From assembly GCA_041690355.1 (NCBI GenBank), contig JAWLHK010000010.1, positions 1 through 64,000 of the forward strand: DNA of 64,000 bases, written 5' to 3'. Below are positions 9,464-18,592 of the stretch, one piece after another (the stretch's first letter is position 1; each line of letters begins with the position of its first letter). The notes beneath the pieces were generated by a model, which saw nothing but the letters and a program-made list of their open reading frames with translations, was not told the DNA's origin and did not search any database. This DNA is from a bacterium (GTDB lineage: Bacteria; J088; JAWLBW01). Both the position numbers and the translations under genes were made by a program.

Positions 9464-10855
9464 CTACTCACCCGCCAGCGCCTCGATCAGCGTGCGGTAG
9501 AAGCGGATCCCCTGTTCGAAATTGGCCAGCGAGAGCCGTTCATTCTTGCCATGCACGGTTGCGCGCTCCGCGGCATCGAGCGTGAAGGGGAGAAGACGGT
9601 AAGAGGGAATGCCGGCCTGCGCGAACCAGCGGCTGTCGGTCGTGGCGGGCGAGATTCCGGACGCGAGAAAGCCGTTCGGGATCTCCTTCTCCACCGCGAT
9701 CTTCAGCGCATCCCAGAGTTCCCCTTCGGCCGGCGCGAGCGGCGTATTCCCCCAGTAGTCGTGCGTCTCGATGCGCACGCGCTCGTCGCCGACCACGTCG
9801 TGCAGCGTGGCAAGCACCGCGTCGACATCCGTATCGGGCAGCAGGCGCAGATTGTAGAAGGCCTCGGCCCGCGAGGGGATCACGTTGTCTTTTACACCGG
9901 TGCGCACCATCGTGAGCGCCATCGTATTGCGCACGACCGCATTGGACGCCGGCTTCGACGTGAGCTGCGCGGTGACGAGGGGTCCCGTCAGCCAGCGGTT
10001 GCGCAGCGCGAACCCCTGCACGCCCGCCACCTGCGCGCCCATGGCGTCGAGCAGCCCCTCGACCGGCGGGAGAATCGTGACAGGGAACTCGTAGGCGTTG
10101 AGCTTCGCCAGCGCCCGCGTGAGAATCGTGGGCGCGCTGTCGCCGTGCGGCATGCTGCTGTGCCCGCCGTGCCCCTCGACCGAGACGCGGATCGTCAGGT
10201 AGCTTTTCTCACCGACGGCGACCATGGCCTGATTTCGCCCCGGCACGAAATCGGGAACGACGTAGGACCCCTCGTCGAGGACGAATTCCGGCCGGCCGTA
10301 CGTCTCCATGTGGACGGCGATGTAGCGCTTCGCCCCCTCGACGCCGCCAATCTCCTCATCCGGCGTCACGAGCAGCTGGATTTCCCGATCGGGCTCCATG
10401 TCGGCGGCTTTGAGGCGCGCGATCGCTTCGAGTATCGCCACGCCGGAGGACTTGTTATCGATGGCGCCGCGCCCCCAGACGTAGCCGTCGGCCACGGTGC
10501 CCGCAAAGGGCGGGTGGGTCCACGCGGCATCCTCGCCATGGTCGACGGGAACGACGTCGGCGTGATTGAGAAAGAGCATCGGCGCCTTGCCGGACGGCTT
10601 TGCGGGTATCCAGCGGACGAGCAGCGTGCGGCCATCGAGGACTTGCCACGTCAGGCCCAGCGGCTTCGCATACTCTTCAACCAGGAGCGGAAAATGGCCG
10701 GGGTTTGGCTCCGCGGGGAGAATGGGCGGAACGACCGTGTTCGTCCGCAGGTAGGCAGAAAGCACGCGCACGGGGCGGCTCGCGGCGAAGTCCCCGGCTG
10801 ACGCCGGCACGGGGATCAGGAGCGAAACCAGAAGGGGAACGGCAAGCAGTCGCAT
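9464..10855 (-). CDS. Secreted M20/M25/M40 family metallo-hydrolase (carboxypeptidase S-like)
   Basis: Signal peptide; HADVVP, GRGAIDNK, DEEIGG, LDEG, HGKNER metal-ligand motifs. Confidence 0.92.
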   Translation of the reverse strand: MRLLAVPLLVSLLIPVPASAGDFAASRPVRVLSAYLRTNTVVPPILPAEPNPGHFPLLVEEYAKPLGLTWQVLDGRTLLVRWIPAKPSGKAPMLFLNHADVVPVDHGEDAAWTHPPFAGTVADGYVWGRGAIDNKSSGVAILEAIARLKAADMEPDREIQLLVTPDEEIGGVEGAKRYIAVHMETYGRPEFVLDEGSYVVPDFVPGRNQAMVAVGEKSYLTIRVSVEGHGGHSSMPHGDSAPTILTRALAKLNAYEFPVTILPPVEGLLDAMGAQVAGVQGFALRNRWLTGPLVTAQLTSKPASNAVVRNTMALTMVRTGVKDNVIPSRAEAFYNLRLLPDTDVDAVLATLHDVVGDERVRIETHDYWGNTPLAPAEGELWDALKIAVEKEIPNGFLASGISPATTDSRWFAQAGIPSYRLLPFTLDAAERATVHGKNERLSLANFEQGIRFYRTLIEALAGE

Positions 10856-11043
10856 GGGAACTCTTCGCGAAGGGGGGAGTCCGAATGCAACAGTATATCA
10901 GCCGCTCAGATCGAGCAATCCCAGCAGCGTGAGCTTAGGGTCGTAGGAGACGTAGATCAGCTCGACGCTCCCGGCGGTAGAGCCTACCCCCCGGATTCAA
11001 CGGCAGGGCAGAGACGGCTTGTATTTCGGTCAAGGTCGCGGGC

Positions 11044-11513
11044 TCATCGGCGGCCGGCTTCGAACAGCGCGTGAAGGGCAAACGCCCGGGCCGCGCCGAG
11101 GGCCATACCGCTCGCGACGTCGCCCGGATAGTGAACGCCCAGGTAAATGCGGGTGAACCCGACGAGCAGGGTCAGCACGCCCGCGGCTAAGACGAGCGCC
11201 ATGCGATGCCTGCCTCCGCGCACATGCCGGGTCAAGATCAGGGCAAGCGACAGGTAGAACGCGGCGGCCATCAACGTGTGGCCACTGGGATAGGCGTGTC
11301 CGTAGACCTCGACCAAGGCGCGGGACGATTTCGGGGCGCGGGCGGGCGATCCACCCCTTGGCGGCCACGATGAGCAGACCCCCGCCGGCGCTAGCGATTG
11401 CGATCTGGACGGCGTCGATGCGGTAAAGCTCACCCTCGTAGAATTCCTCGGTGACCTCGATGAAGCCGCCGAAAGCGCCCGCCGCGACGGCAAGCAGGAT
11501 CAAGGGCCGGCAT
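11044..11513 (-). pseudogene. Frameshifted PAP2 family phosphatase
   Basis: Motif 1 (KGWIARPRP) is in ORF 11030..11503. Motifs 2 and 3 (YPSGH, TRIYLGVHYPGD) are in ORF 11044..11493. The frame switches near 11316. Confidence 0.8.
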
Positions 11514-11691
11514 CCAGCGGCGAAGGGGAGAGAGTGCGGGCGTGCCGCAGTATATCACCCGGGACCTTGCAGCCACCGCTTGATCCACTCCCGATGTGGG
11601 ATGCACGTATGCATCGACGCGCACTTGTTTCCGAGCGGATTTCCGCCCTCACGCGCGTGCTTCCTGCGCCCCCTTGCGGTAGGATCACGGC

Positions 11692-12276
11692 ATGTTGAGG
11701 AAAGCCCTCTGCTTGCTGACCGGTCCGTTTGTCCTGCTTCTGCTGCTTACCGTTGCGAGCGCCGAGGCCGCCGAGCCGCCGGCCACGATTACGGCGCTGG
11801 AAGAGCTCGGTTCCGAAGAGCTGGAGCGGCTCTTCGCGAGCGGCAGCGTTCCCCGCCTTGAAGAGCTCGAAGGGCGGCTGCGAGGCCGTGCAATTCTTCC
11901 GCGGAACGAGGAAGCCTTCTGCGGATGGTGCGAAGGACTGGTTCGCGCGCTGTTTCGAAGTCCCTTCATCCTCTGGGCGGGCAAAGAGTTCTATCGGGAT
12001 CCGGAGGGCGCCTGGAACGCCCGCAACCTCTTCTACTCGGCGTCCTTCGGCCACGGATCGTTCCGGATGCGCCCGGTCATCGCGGCGTCGCCGATGGCAA
12101 AGCGTACCGTCCTGTTTCTCGATTACCGCAACGAACGGAATCCGGCGGTCATCCAGCGCGTGCTCGACGAAGTGGTTGCCGTCGCTCCCGGGCTGTGGCT
12201 TGGCAGGGCCTGGTATCGGGTCGAGCAGGGCGCGCCGGTAGAACTGGTCTGGTTCGCTCTCGAGCAGATTCCGTAG
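11692..12276 (+). CDS. Secreted hypothetical protein
   Basis: Signal peptide ending AEA; globular composition; TAGGAT 6 nt before the ATG. Confidence 0.7.
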   Translation: MLRKALCLLTGPFVLLLLLTVASAEAAEPPATITALEELGSEELERLFASGSVPRLEELEGRLRGRAILPRNEEAFCGWCEGLVRALFRSPFILWAGKEFYRDPEGAWNARNLFYSASFGHGSFRMRPVIAASPMAKRTVLFLDYRNERNPAVIQRVLDEVVAVAPGLWLGRAWYRVEQGAPVELVWFALEQIP

Positions 12277-12349
12277 CGCGTAAAATGCGGGAGCGCGCGT
12301 TACAGCGTGTACCAGAGAGGAAAGATCCCTGGGCGCCTCTCCGAAGCCG

Positions 12350-12922
12350 CTATCCCCCCAGATGCTCCACCAGAATCCGCACGCCGATGGCGATCAGGAT
12401 GAGGCCGCCGAGAAGTTCCGCTTTCTCGGCGAACCGGTGTCCGAGACGGGCGCCGAGCAGCGCGGCCGGAACGCAGAGGGCCGCGGTCACGCCCGAGATG
12501 ACGAGGACCGGTACCCAGATGGCGATGTCGAGCAACGAGTAGCTGAGCCCGACCGCGAGTGAATCGATGCTCGTGGCCAGGCCGGCGACGAGCAGCTGAC
12601 CCGCGCCGGTCGGGGCTTCTTCTTCCTCCTCCTCGTCTTCCTCGGCGAAGGACTCGCGGATCATGTTGCCGCCGATGAGCGCGAGCAGACCGAAGGCGAC
12701 CCAGTGGTCGACCGCCTGGAGCCAGTCGGCAAAGAACCCGCCCGCATACCAGCCGGCAAGCGCCATGATGCCCTGAAAGGCGCCGAAGGTGAGCGCGAAC
12801 GTCAAGGCGGTTTTCCACACCGGACGCCGCTGCCGAGATGCCGCCAGTCCGCCCACCAGCGAGACGGCCACGCTGTCCATAGCGAGGGCGAAGCCGACAA
12901 GAATGTAGGAGACGACCGTCAT
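12350..12922 (-). CDS. mntP: Manganese efflux pump MntP family
   Basis: ALAMDSVAVS, DHWVAFGLL..IGGNMI, ATSIDSLAVG, AELLGGLILIAIG. Start is 12922 or 12928. Confidence 0.9.
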   Translation of the reverse strand: MTVVSYILVGFALAMDSVAVSLVGGLAASRQRRPVWKTALTFALTFGAFQGIMALAGWYAGGFFADWLQAVDHWVAFGLLALIGGNMIRESFAEEDEEEEEEAPTGAGQLLVAGLATSIDSLAVGLSYSLLDIAIWVPVLVISGVTAALCVPAALLGARLGHRFAEKAELLGGLILIAIGVRILVEHLGG

Positions 12923-12974
12923 CCCCATATTGTGGCAGCCAGGGCGGAGAGGCGCACTCCGGGCCGGGGCGTTT

Positions 12975-14477
12975 CTACCGCCACGTGAACGTTGCCGCCG
13001 ACTGGGGCGGCAGCTCGTACGTGAACGCCCTGCCCGACCAGCGCACCTTGATACTCTGCGGGTTCGGCTGCGTATTGGCCACCAGAAGCCCCTTCGTTCC
13101 GTCCGGATTCAGAAACGCAACCGATTCCACCTGGTTCTCCCAACTGGTACTCTCGATGCGCCGCGCGCTGGGGCGGAAAGCGAGACTCGCGTGCGCCAGG
13201 GCGTAGAATTCCACGTTGTACGTAACGTCGCCGGTACCCTGATCGATCGTGACCACGCCGCGGCAGTTCACGCACCCTCCGTTCTGAGGACCGGCGCTCT
13301 CGTCCAGCGCCAGATTCCAGAAGAGCACGCTCGACGCCCAGTTGCGGATGCCGCCGATGAACAGATTCCGCATCGTCCACACCAGGTCGGGGCCGAAGGA
13401 CGAGCCCATGAGCCCCGTGCATTCGCTGATGAGAATCGCCTTTTCGGGATACGCTTCGTGCACCTCGCTTTGCCGCGCGACTTCGCCTTCGTAGCAGTGG
13501 AAGGCCGTTCCGGTAACGTACTGGCGCGCCTGTGCATCCTCGAGAACCCGGATGGGATATTCGGCGTCGGCCCAGTTGTGGTCGAAGATCCAGATCTCCG
13601 TGCCAGGGGCCCGCGCAGTAAGCTTCGGCCCGAGATGGTTCGCGATGAACGCGGCCTGCTCTGCGGCTTCCATGCGCATTCCCGGATAGCCCGACGGTTC
13701 GAAGAGCGGCTCGTTCTGAGGCGTGATCGAATCGACGGTAACGCCTTCGGAAGCAAATCCCTCGATGTAGCGTACGAGATACTCGGCATAGGCATCGTAG
13801 GCTTCAGGTCGCAGCGAGCCGCCGACCAGCGTTCCGGAGTTCTTCATCCAGGCCGGCGCGCTCCATGGCGTGCCGATCACCCGCAGTTCTCCGTTGATTT
13901 CCTCCATGCGCCGCAGGAGCGGAATCGTGTATGCGCGATCCCGGTCCACGGAAAAACGGGTGAGCTCCGGATCCTCTTCTCCGGTCGGCACATCGCCGAA
14001 GGTATAGGTCGACAGCGCGAAATCACTCGAGCCGACGGGATGACGCACCACGCTCAGGCCGATGCCATCTGGATACGCGAAGAGCCGCTGCAGGAGGGCC
14101 TCGCGCTGCTCCTGACTCATCCGCTCGGCCATCAGCCAGGCGGCGGAGTCGGTGAGGGCTGCGCCGACGCCGTGCATGACCTGGTAGGTGCGCTCTTCAT
14201 CCACCGTAACGGTAAGGTGCTCGCCGCCCGCAGTGTCCTGGCCGAAGAACAGCGGCGGACGTTGCTCCAGCAGATACTCTCCGTCACCGCTGGTCAGCCA
14301 GACGGCGACCTCCGGGGCGGAATCTTCCCGGGCCTCCCGGACAGGCTGTTCCGCTTCAGGCTCGAGTTGCCGCTGAGCCGGCTCGTTCTCGCATGCGGAG
14401 CAGCCGGTCTGCAGCAGAAAAAGCGCGGCCGACAGGAGTGCCCACGGGCGCGCGCTGAAGGATGTCGTCCCCGGCAT
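12975..14477 (-). CDS. Glycoside hydrolase family 30 (glucosylceramidase / beta-1,6-glucanase-like), probable lipoprotein
   Basis: GAALTDS, PWSAPAWMK, QNEP (acid/base), DHNW, AFHCY, ISEC (nucleophile), WNLALD. Confidence 0.9.
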   Translation of the reverse strand: MPGTTSFSARPWALLSAALFLLQTGCSACENEPAQRQLEPEAEQPVREAREDSAPEVAVWLTSGDGEYLLEQRPPLFFGQDTAGGEHLTVTVDEERTYQVMHGVGAALTDSAAWLMAERMSQEQREALLQRLFAYPDGIGLSVVRHPVGSSDFALSTYTFGDVPTGEEDPELTRFSVDRDRAYTIPLLRRMEEINGELRVIGTPWSAPAWMKNSGTLVGGSLRPEAYDAYAEYLVRYIEGFASEGVTVDSITPQNEPLFEPSGYPGMRMEAAEQAAFIANHLGPKLTARAPGTEIWIFDHNWADAEYPIRVLEDAQARQYVTGTAFHCYEGEVARQSEVHEAYPEKAILISECTGLMGSSFGPDLVWTMRNLFIGGIRNWASSVLFWNLALDESAGPQNGGCVNCRGVVTIDQGTGDVTYNVEFYALAHASLAFRPSARRIESTSWENQVESVAFLNPDGTKGLLVANTQPNPQSIKVRWSGRAFTYELPPQSAATFTWR

Positions 14478-14542
14478 GGCAAATCGTTGAGAAGCCCCAG
14501 GGGCACGCCGCTGGTGACTCGGCCGCGACGTGCCCCTTCGGA

Positions 14543-17308
14543 CTATTCCTCACCCTCCTGCTGCGGAAGCGTACCCGTCCCACGCAGGCGGATGTCTGCC
14601 GAAGACGAACCGACGAGTATCGGCACGTCGCCGGCCGGAGTGACCCAGCGGTCACTCACCGTATCCCAGTAGGAGAGCGAGTTGCGCTCGAGGTTGACGG
14701 TAACGGCGCGCCGCTCGCCGGGATCCAGCGTGACGCGCTCGAATCCGGCCAGGGCGATCGGCGCGGTCGGGACGTCGGCCGGAAGGTTCCCGACGTAGAC
14801 CTGAACGGTCTCGGTACCCGCGACGCGTCCCGTGTTCTGGACCGTCACCGTGACCTGCAGCGGATACTGTTCCTCCATCCCCGCGGGGGTCCGGCTGACT
14901 CGCAGGCCGTCGTAGCGGAACTCGGTATAGGACAAGCCGTGCCCGAAGGCGTAGCGCGGCTCGAGGTCGAACTCGGCGTGTCCGCGGTAGCCCACGAAGA
15001 TGGTCTCCGAGAACACCTGGTTGGTGCCGGCGCCGGGAAACCGTTCGGGTATGCCGACCGGCGTGCTCTCCTCATCCATCGGAACGGAAATCGGAAGTCT
15101 GCCCGACGGATTCACGTCGCCGAAGAGCACGCGGGCGATCGCGTTGCCCTGTTCCTGCCCGCCATACCAGGCCTGAAGAATCGCAGGCACGGCATCGTCC
15201 CAGGCCGCGGAATTGACGGCGCCCCCGGTCGTGGTGACCACGACCGTCTGCGGATTCGCCTCGGCAACTTCCTGAATCAGCTCCTCCTGTCCGAACGGGA
15301 GGCGCAACGAAGTGCGATCTCCACCTTCACTCGAGTAGTCGCGCACAACGATGACAGCCACGTCGGATTCGGCCGCAAGCCGTGCCGCCTCGGTGCTGCG
15401 GGGCGAAATGACGCGCGTCGGCGGCATCCAGGAGAGCTTGAACTGCGGGCCCACGTCGCGATCTTCGGTACGGGCGTCGTTTACATATTCGACACGCAGG
15501 TCGACGGTATCGCCCTGCTCGAGCGGAACTTCAGCACGCGTCTCGACGATTTCGTCGGGATCGCCCGGGGCCGTCTCCACGACCGGCTCGCCATCGAGGA
15601 ACAGGCGGCCGGTGCCCCGGCTGACAAGTACGAATTCATAGACCCCGTCGGCGGGCACGGTCAGCTCGCCGGTCCAGCGGATGGAAAGGTCGCCGTTGAG
15701 CGTCTGCGGTAGTTCGGGGAACGCCGGCGAAGCGACGGTGAACCCTTCGAAGAGGAAGAAGCCTCCGTTGATGGCCGCATAGGGATCGGTGCGGTCGAGC
15801 TCCGGTTCGCCCGAGAATTCCTGGTTCAGGAAGTACTGCGCGCGCAGCCCGTGTTCGCCATCCGGAGCACGAAGAAAACCGGAGGGGATCGGTTCGGGAC
15901 CGGGCAGGAGCGCCGCCGACGTGAGCGGATCGTTACCCGGATGATATCGCACATCGACCCCTTCGCCGGCCCGGGCGCGGATCGCCTCGAGCGGGCTCAC
16001 GGTGTAGGTCGGGATGACGAGGGCGCTGCCGCCGCCGGCGACCACGTTGTCGGCGTCGGCGCCGAAAACCGCGATGGAGGTGATGTCGTCGCCGAAGGGG
16101 AGCAGGTCATCGTTCTTGAGAAGGACGACCGCCTGCTCGGCAATGGTCCGCGCGAGGTCTCCATGTTCCTCTTCGGGCAGCGGCTCCGGTTCCGGCGGAT
16201 TATCAAACCCGCCCAGAGCAATCCAGGGGCGCAGAATACGCAGGACCGATTCGTCGATACGATCTTCGGAAACCGTTCCGTTCTGAACGGCCTCGAGCAG
16301 CGGTTCGCAGTAGTAGCACGGGATCGGCAGGGCGCCGCCCGTATTGCCCGGCATCTCCTGATCGAGCCCCGCCTCGAGCGACGGCAGCGAACTGAAGGTC
16401 GCGCCGAAGTCGCTCAGCACCCAACCGGCGAAGTCCAGCTGGCCGCGCAGGATTTCGCCGAGGATGAATTCATTTTCGCAGGCGAAATCGCCATTGATCT
16501 GGTTGAAGCCGCACATGACCGCCCCCGGCCGCCCGTCGCGTTGGACGATAGCGAAGGGGCGCACGTAGATTTCCTGCAACGTGCGCTCGTCGACGACCAC
16601 GTTCGACTCGAGCAGGCGCCGTGTCTCCTGGGCATATGCCAGATAGTGCTTGAGCGCCGCTACGACCGGGTTCGACTGGATGCCGAGCACGCTTTCGGCC
16701 CCGAGAACGCCTGTCAGCAGCGGATCTTCGCTGTACGTCTCAAAGGCTCTGCCCCATTGAGGAACCCGTATGATGTCGACCACCGGCGCCAGCAGCACGT
16801 TGTGCCCGGTCAGATCCGCCTCTGCACCGATCAGGGTGCCGTACTCCCGCGCGAGTTCCCGATCCCAGGTAGCGCCCAGCGCAATCGGCGCCGGCATCAG
16901 GGTCGCCTGCTGCTCGTTCGCCTCGGGATTCGCAACCCGCACCCCCACCGGCCCGTCGGCCATCGTCATGGGCGGGATGCCGATTTCGGTAATCGGCGCG
17001 TTGAAGAATCCATAGTTCGGATTGAATTCCCCATGCATCATGTCGACCTTCTGGACCAGCGTCATCTGGTCGAGAAGCGCCTGGGCGCGCTGGGTCGCCT
17101 CGGTGTCGTCGTCCCAGAATTCACTTTCCGGAACGGGGGTCTCCTGCTCTTCTTCCCCATTTCCGTTGCCGTTGTCTGCGGCGGGCGGCCGGGGTTCGAG
17201 AATGTCATCGTCGTCTCCGCAGGCGCCCAGGGCGAGGACTATTACCAGAGCGCCCGGCGCCGTAAGGCGGAAGCAGGAGGGAATGTTACGCGTGCGGCTT
17301 TTCTTCAT
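14543..17308 (-). CDS. GH3 beta-glucosidase with PA14 insert and Fn3-like C-terminus, lipoprotein
   Basis: ADGPVGVR, GRAFETYSEDP, KHY, VLSDFG nucleophile, VLLKN, FGHGLSYT; lipobox LGAC; AGGAG RBS. Confidence 0.93.
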   Translation of the reverse strand: MKKSRTRNIPSCFRLTAPGALVIVLALGACGDDDDILEPRPPAADNGNGNGEEEQETPVPESEFWDDDTEATQRAQALLDQMTLVQKVDMMHGEFNPNYGFFNAPITEIGIPPMTMADGPVGVRVANPEANEQQATLMPAPIALGATWDRELAREYGTLIGAEADLTGHNVLLAPVVDIIRVPQWGRAFETYSEDPLLTGVLGAESVLGIQSNPVVAALKHYLAYAQETRRLLESNVVVDERTLQEIYVRPFAIVQRDGRPGAVMCGFNQINGDFACENEFILGEILRGQLDFAGWVLSDFGATFSSLPSLEAGLDQEMPGNTGGALPIPCYYCEPLLEAVQNGTVSEDRIDESVLRILRPWIALGGFDNPPEPEPLPEEEHGDLARTIAEQAVVLLKNDDLLPFGDDITSIAVFGADADNVVAGGGSALVIPTYTVSPLEAIRARAGEGVDVRYHPGNDPLTSAALLPGPEPIPSGFLRAPDGEHGLRAQYFLNQEFSGEPELDRTDPYAAINGGFFLFEGFTVASPAFPELPQTLNGDLSIRWTGELTVPADGVYEFVLVSRGTGRLFLDGEPVVETAPGDPDEIVETRAEVPLEQGDTVDLRVEYVNDARTEDRDVGPQFKLSWMPPTRVISPRSTEAARLAAESDVAVIVVRDYSSEGGDRTSLRLPFGQEELIQEVAEANPQTVVVTTTGGAVNSAAWDDAVPAILQAWYGGQEQGNAIARVLFGDVNPSGRLPISVPMDEESTPVGIPERFPGAGTNQVFSETIFVGYRGHAEFDLEPRYAFGHGLSYTEFRYDGLRVSRTPAGMEEQYPLQVTVTVQNTGRVAGTETVQVYVGNLPADVPTAPIALAGFERVTLDPGERRAVTVNLERNSLSYWDTVSDRWVTPAGDVPILVGSSSADIRLRGTGTLPQQEGEE

Positions 17309-17459
17309 GAGACTCCTCAGGCTTCAGGGATCGCGGGCCCGGACCTACGACGGTCCCGGCTGCGAGGTGATTAGTTCCACTGTAAGCGCGCGAGGATGTG
17401 CTCGAAACAGTGAGCGGCGGCCATGCTGCAGTTTACGGCGTCGTCAGGCGGGAGAAGCG

Positions 17460-17759
17460 TCAGCTCCGGGTATCGACGCCCCGCTTCTGCGCGGTGCGGT
17501 TCTTTTCGACGATACCGATGATGATGAGGACGAAACCGATCAGGCGGATCACATAGGCCCAGGTCGTCTGTTCGAGCCAGCTGAAGGTCGCCAGCACGGC
17601 GAAGCGCTGCACGGCAAGCATCCCGAAGGCGGCTGCAAACCAGGCGAACAGGCGATCGTGCGTGTCGCGCCAGAAACGAAGAAAGAACAGCCCGGCGAGG
17701 GCATGGCCAAGTGCCAGGGCCCCTGAGGCGAAGGCGACCCAGAGCGCGGTCTGGTTCAT
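17460..17759 (-). CDS. DUF5985-like small membrane protein
   Basis: GLFFLRFWRDTHDRLFAWFAAAF...IRLIGFVLIIIGIVEKNR; three hydrophobic segments. Confidence 0.8.
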   Translation of the reverse strand: MNQTALWVAFASGALALGHALAGLFFLRFWRDTHDRLFAWFAAAFGMLAVQRFAVLATFSWLEQTTWAYVIRLIGFVLIIIGIVEKNRTAQKRGVDTRS

Positions 17760-18016
17760 TGCTCCACCTCCCAGATGAGCCCGTACAGAAGAATGAGAAT
17801 ACCTGCCAGCCCCGGAAGGGTGCGCCAGAGCGCCATGTCTACGGCCGGATAGCTGGTGTCAACAATCAGGAGAAGGTTGTTGAGGAAGAGCCCGGCAAAG
17901 GCCAGCCCTCCCCAGAACAGGAGGCGCCCGCGGGTTTTGCGGTAACCGTTCCAGAGCATGACGGCGCAAGCCAGACTGGTTACCGCACACAGGATATAGA
18001 TGATTTCAGCAACCAT
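17756..18016 (-). CDS. DUF5985-like small membrane protein
   Basis: MVAEIIYILCAVTSLACAVMLWNGYRKTRGRLLFW; GGGAG upstream of ATG 18016; ATGA overlap with the next gene. Confidence 0.8.
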   Translation of the reverse strand: MVAEIIYILCAVTSLACAVMLWNGYRKTRGRLLFWGGLAFAGLFLNNLLLIVDTSYPAVDMALWRTLPGLAGILILLYGLIWEVEQ

Positions 18017-18017
18017 T

Positions 18018-18422
18018 TCACTTCTCCCGCTCGCGCAGGCGGAACGATTCGGCGAACGACCGGACCGCCGACGGCGGCCTGTCATATATCGCTTTGACCA
18101 GTGTGACCGGCCGGGTGTCATACGCCTTTTTCAGTGATTCGACCGCATACCGGAGCGCCGGTGTACGCGGCGCGTATCTGAAGACCACCCCTCGAGGGCC
18201 GGCGCTGCTGTCGAGCAGACCGCTGCCCGCGAGTTTGTTCGCGAGCGAAAGACTGTCGGGCGCATCCTGCCGCAGCTCGTGGGCCGCCTCGTCGACGGTC
18301 CAGGCACGCTCGTCGTCCCGGGCGAGGAGTAGAAGCAGCTCTGCCTGATCGACGGACTCGAGGTGATTCGCGATCAGATCGAGAACTTCGGCGGGCAAAC
18401 CGGCATCGGCGCGATCATTCAT
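18018..18422 (-). CDS. Hypothetical protein, possible winged-helix fold
   Basis: LESVDQAELLLLL..ERAWTVDEAAHEL..FRYAP..RSFAESFRLR; GAGG before ATG 18422; abuts the DUF5985-like pair. Confidence 0.7.
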   Translation of the reverse strand: MNDRADAGLPAEVLDLIANHLESVDQAELLLLLARDDERAWTVDEAAHELRQDAPDSLSLANKLAGSGLLDSSAGPRGVVFRYAPRTPALRYAVESLKKAYDTRPVTLVKAIYDRPPSAVRSFAESFRLREREK

Positions 18423-18592
18423 GACGCCGGCCTCTGGTATCGGACCACCCGCGAGGGCGACCCCACGCCTCTGCCGCGTCGTCGGCATGCCCCGTTTGCG
18501 CGCATGATCTGCATTGTAGGGAATCGCAGGTGATGGCCCCACGACGAAAGCCCTTGCGGCGGGCGCATGGCCGCCGATGCGCTTCAGAATGA

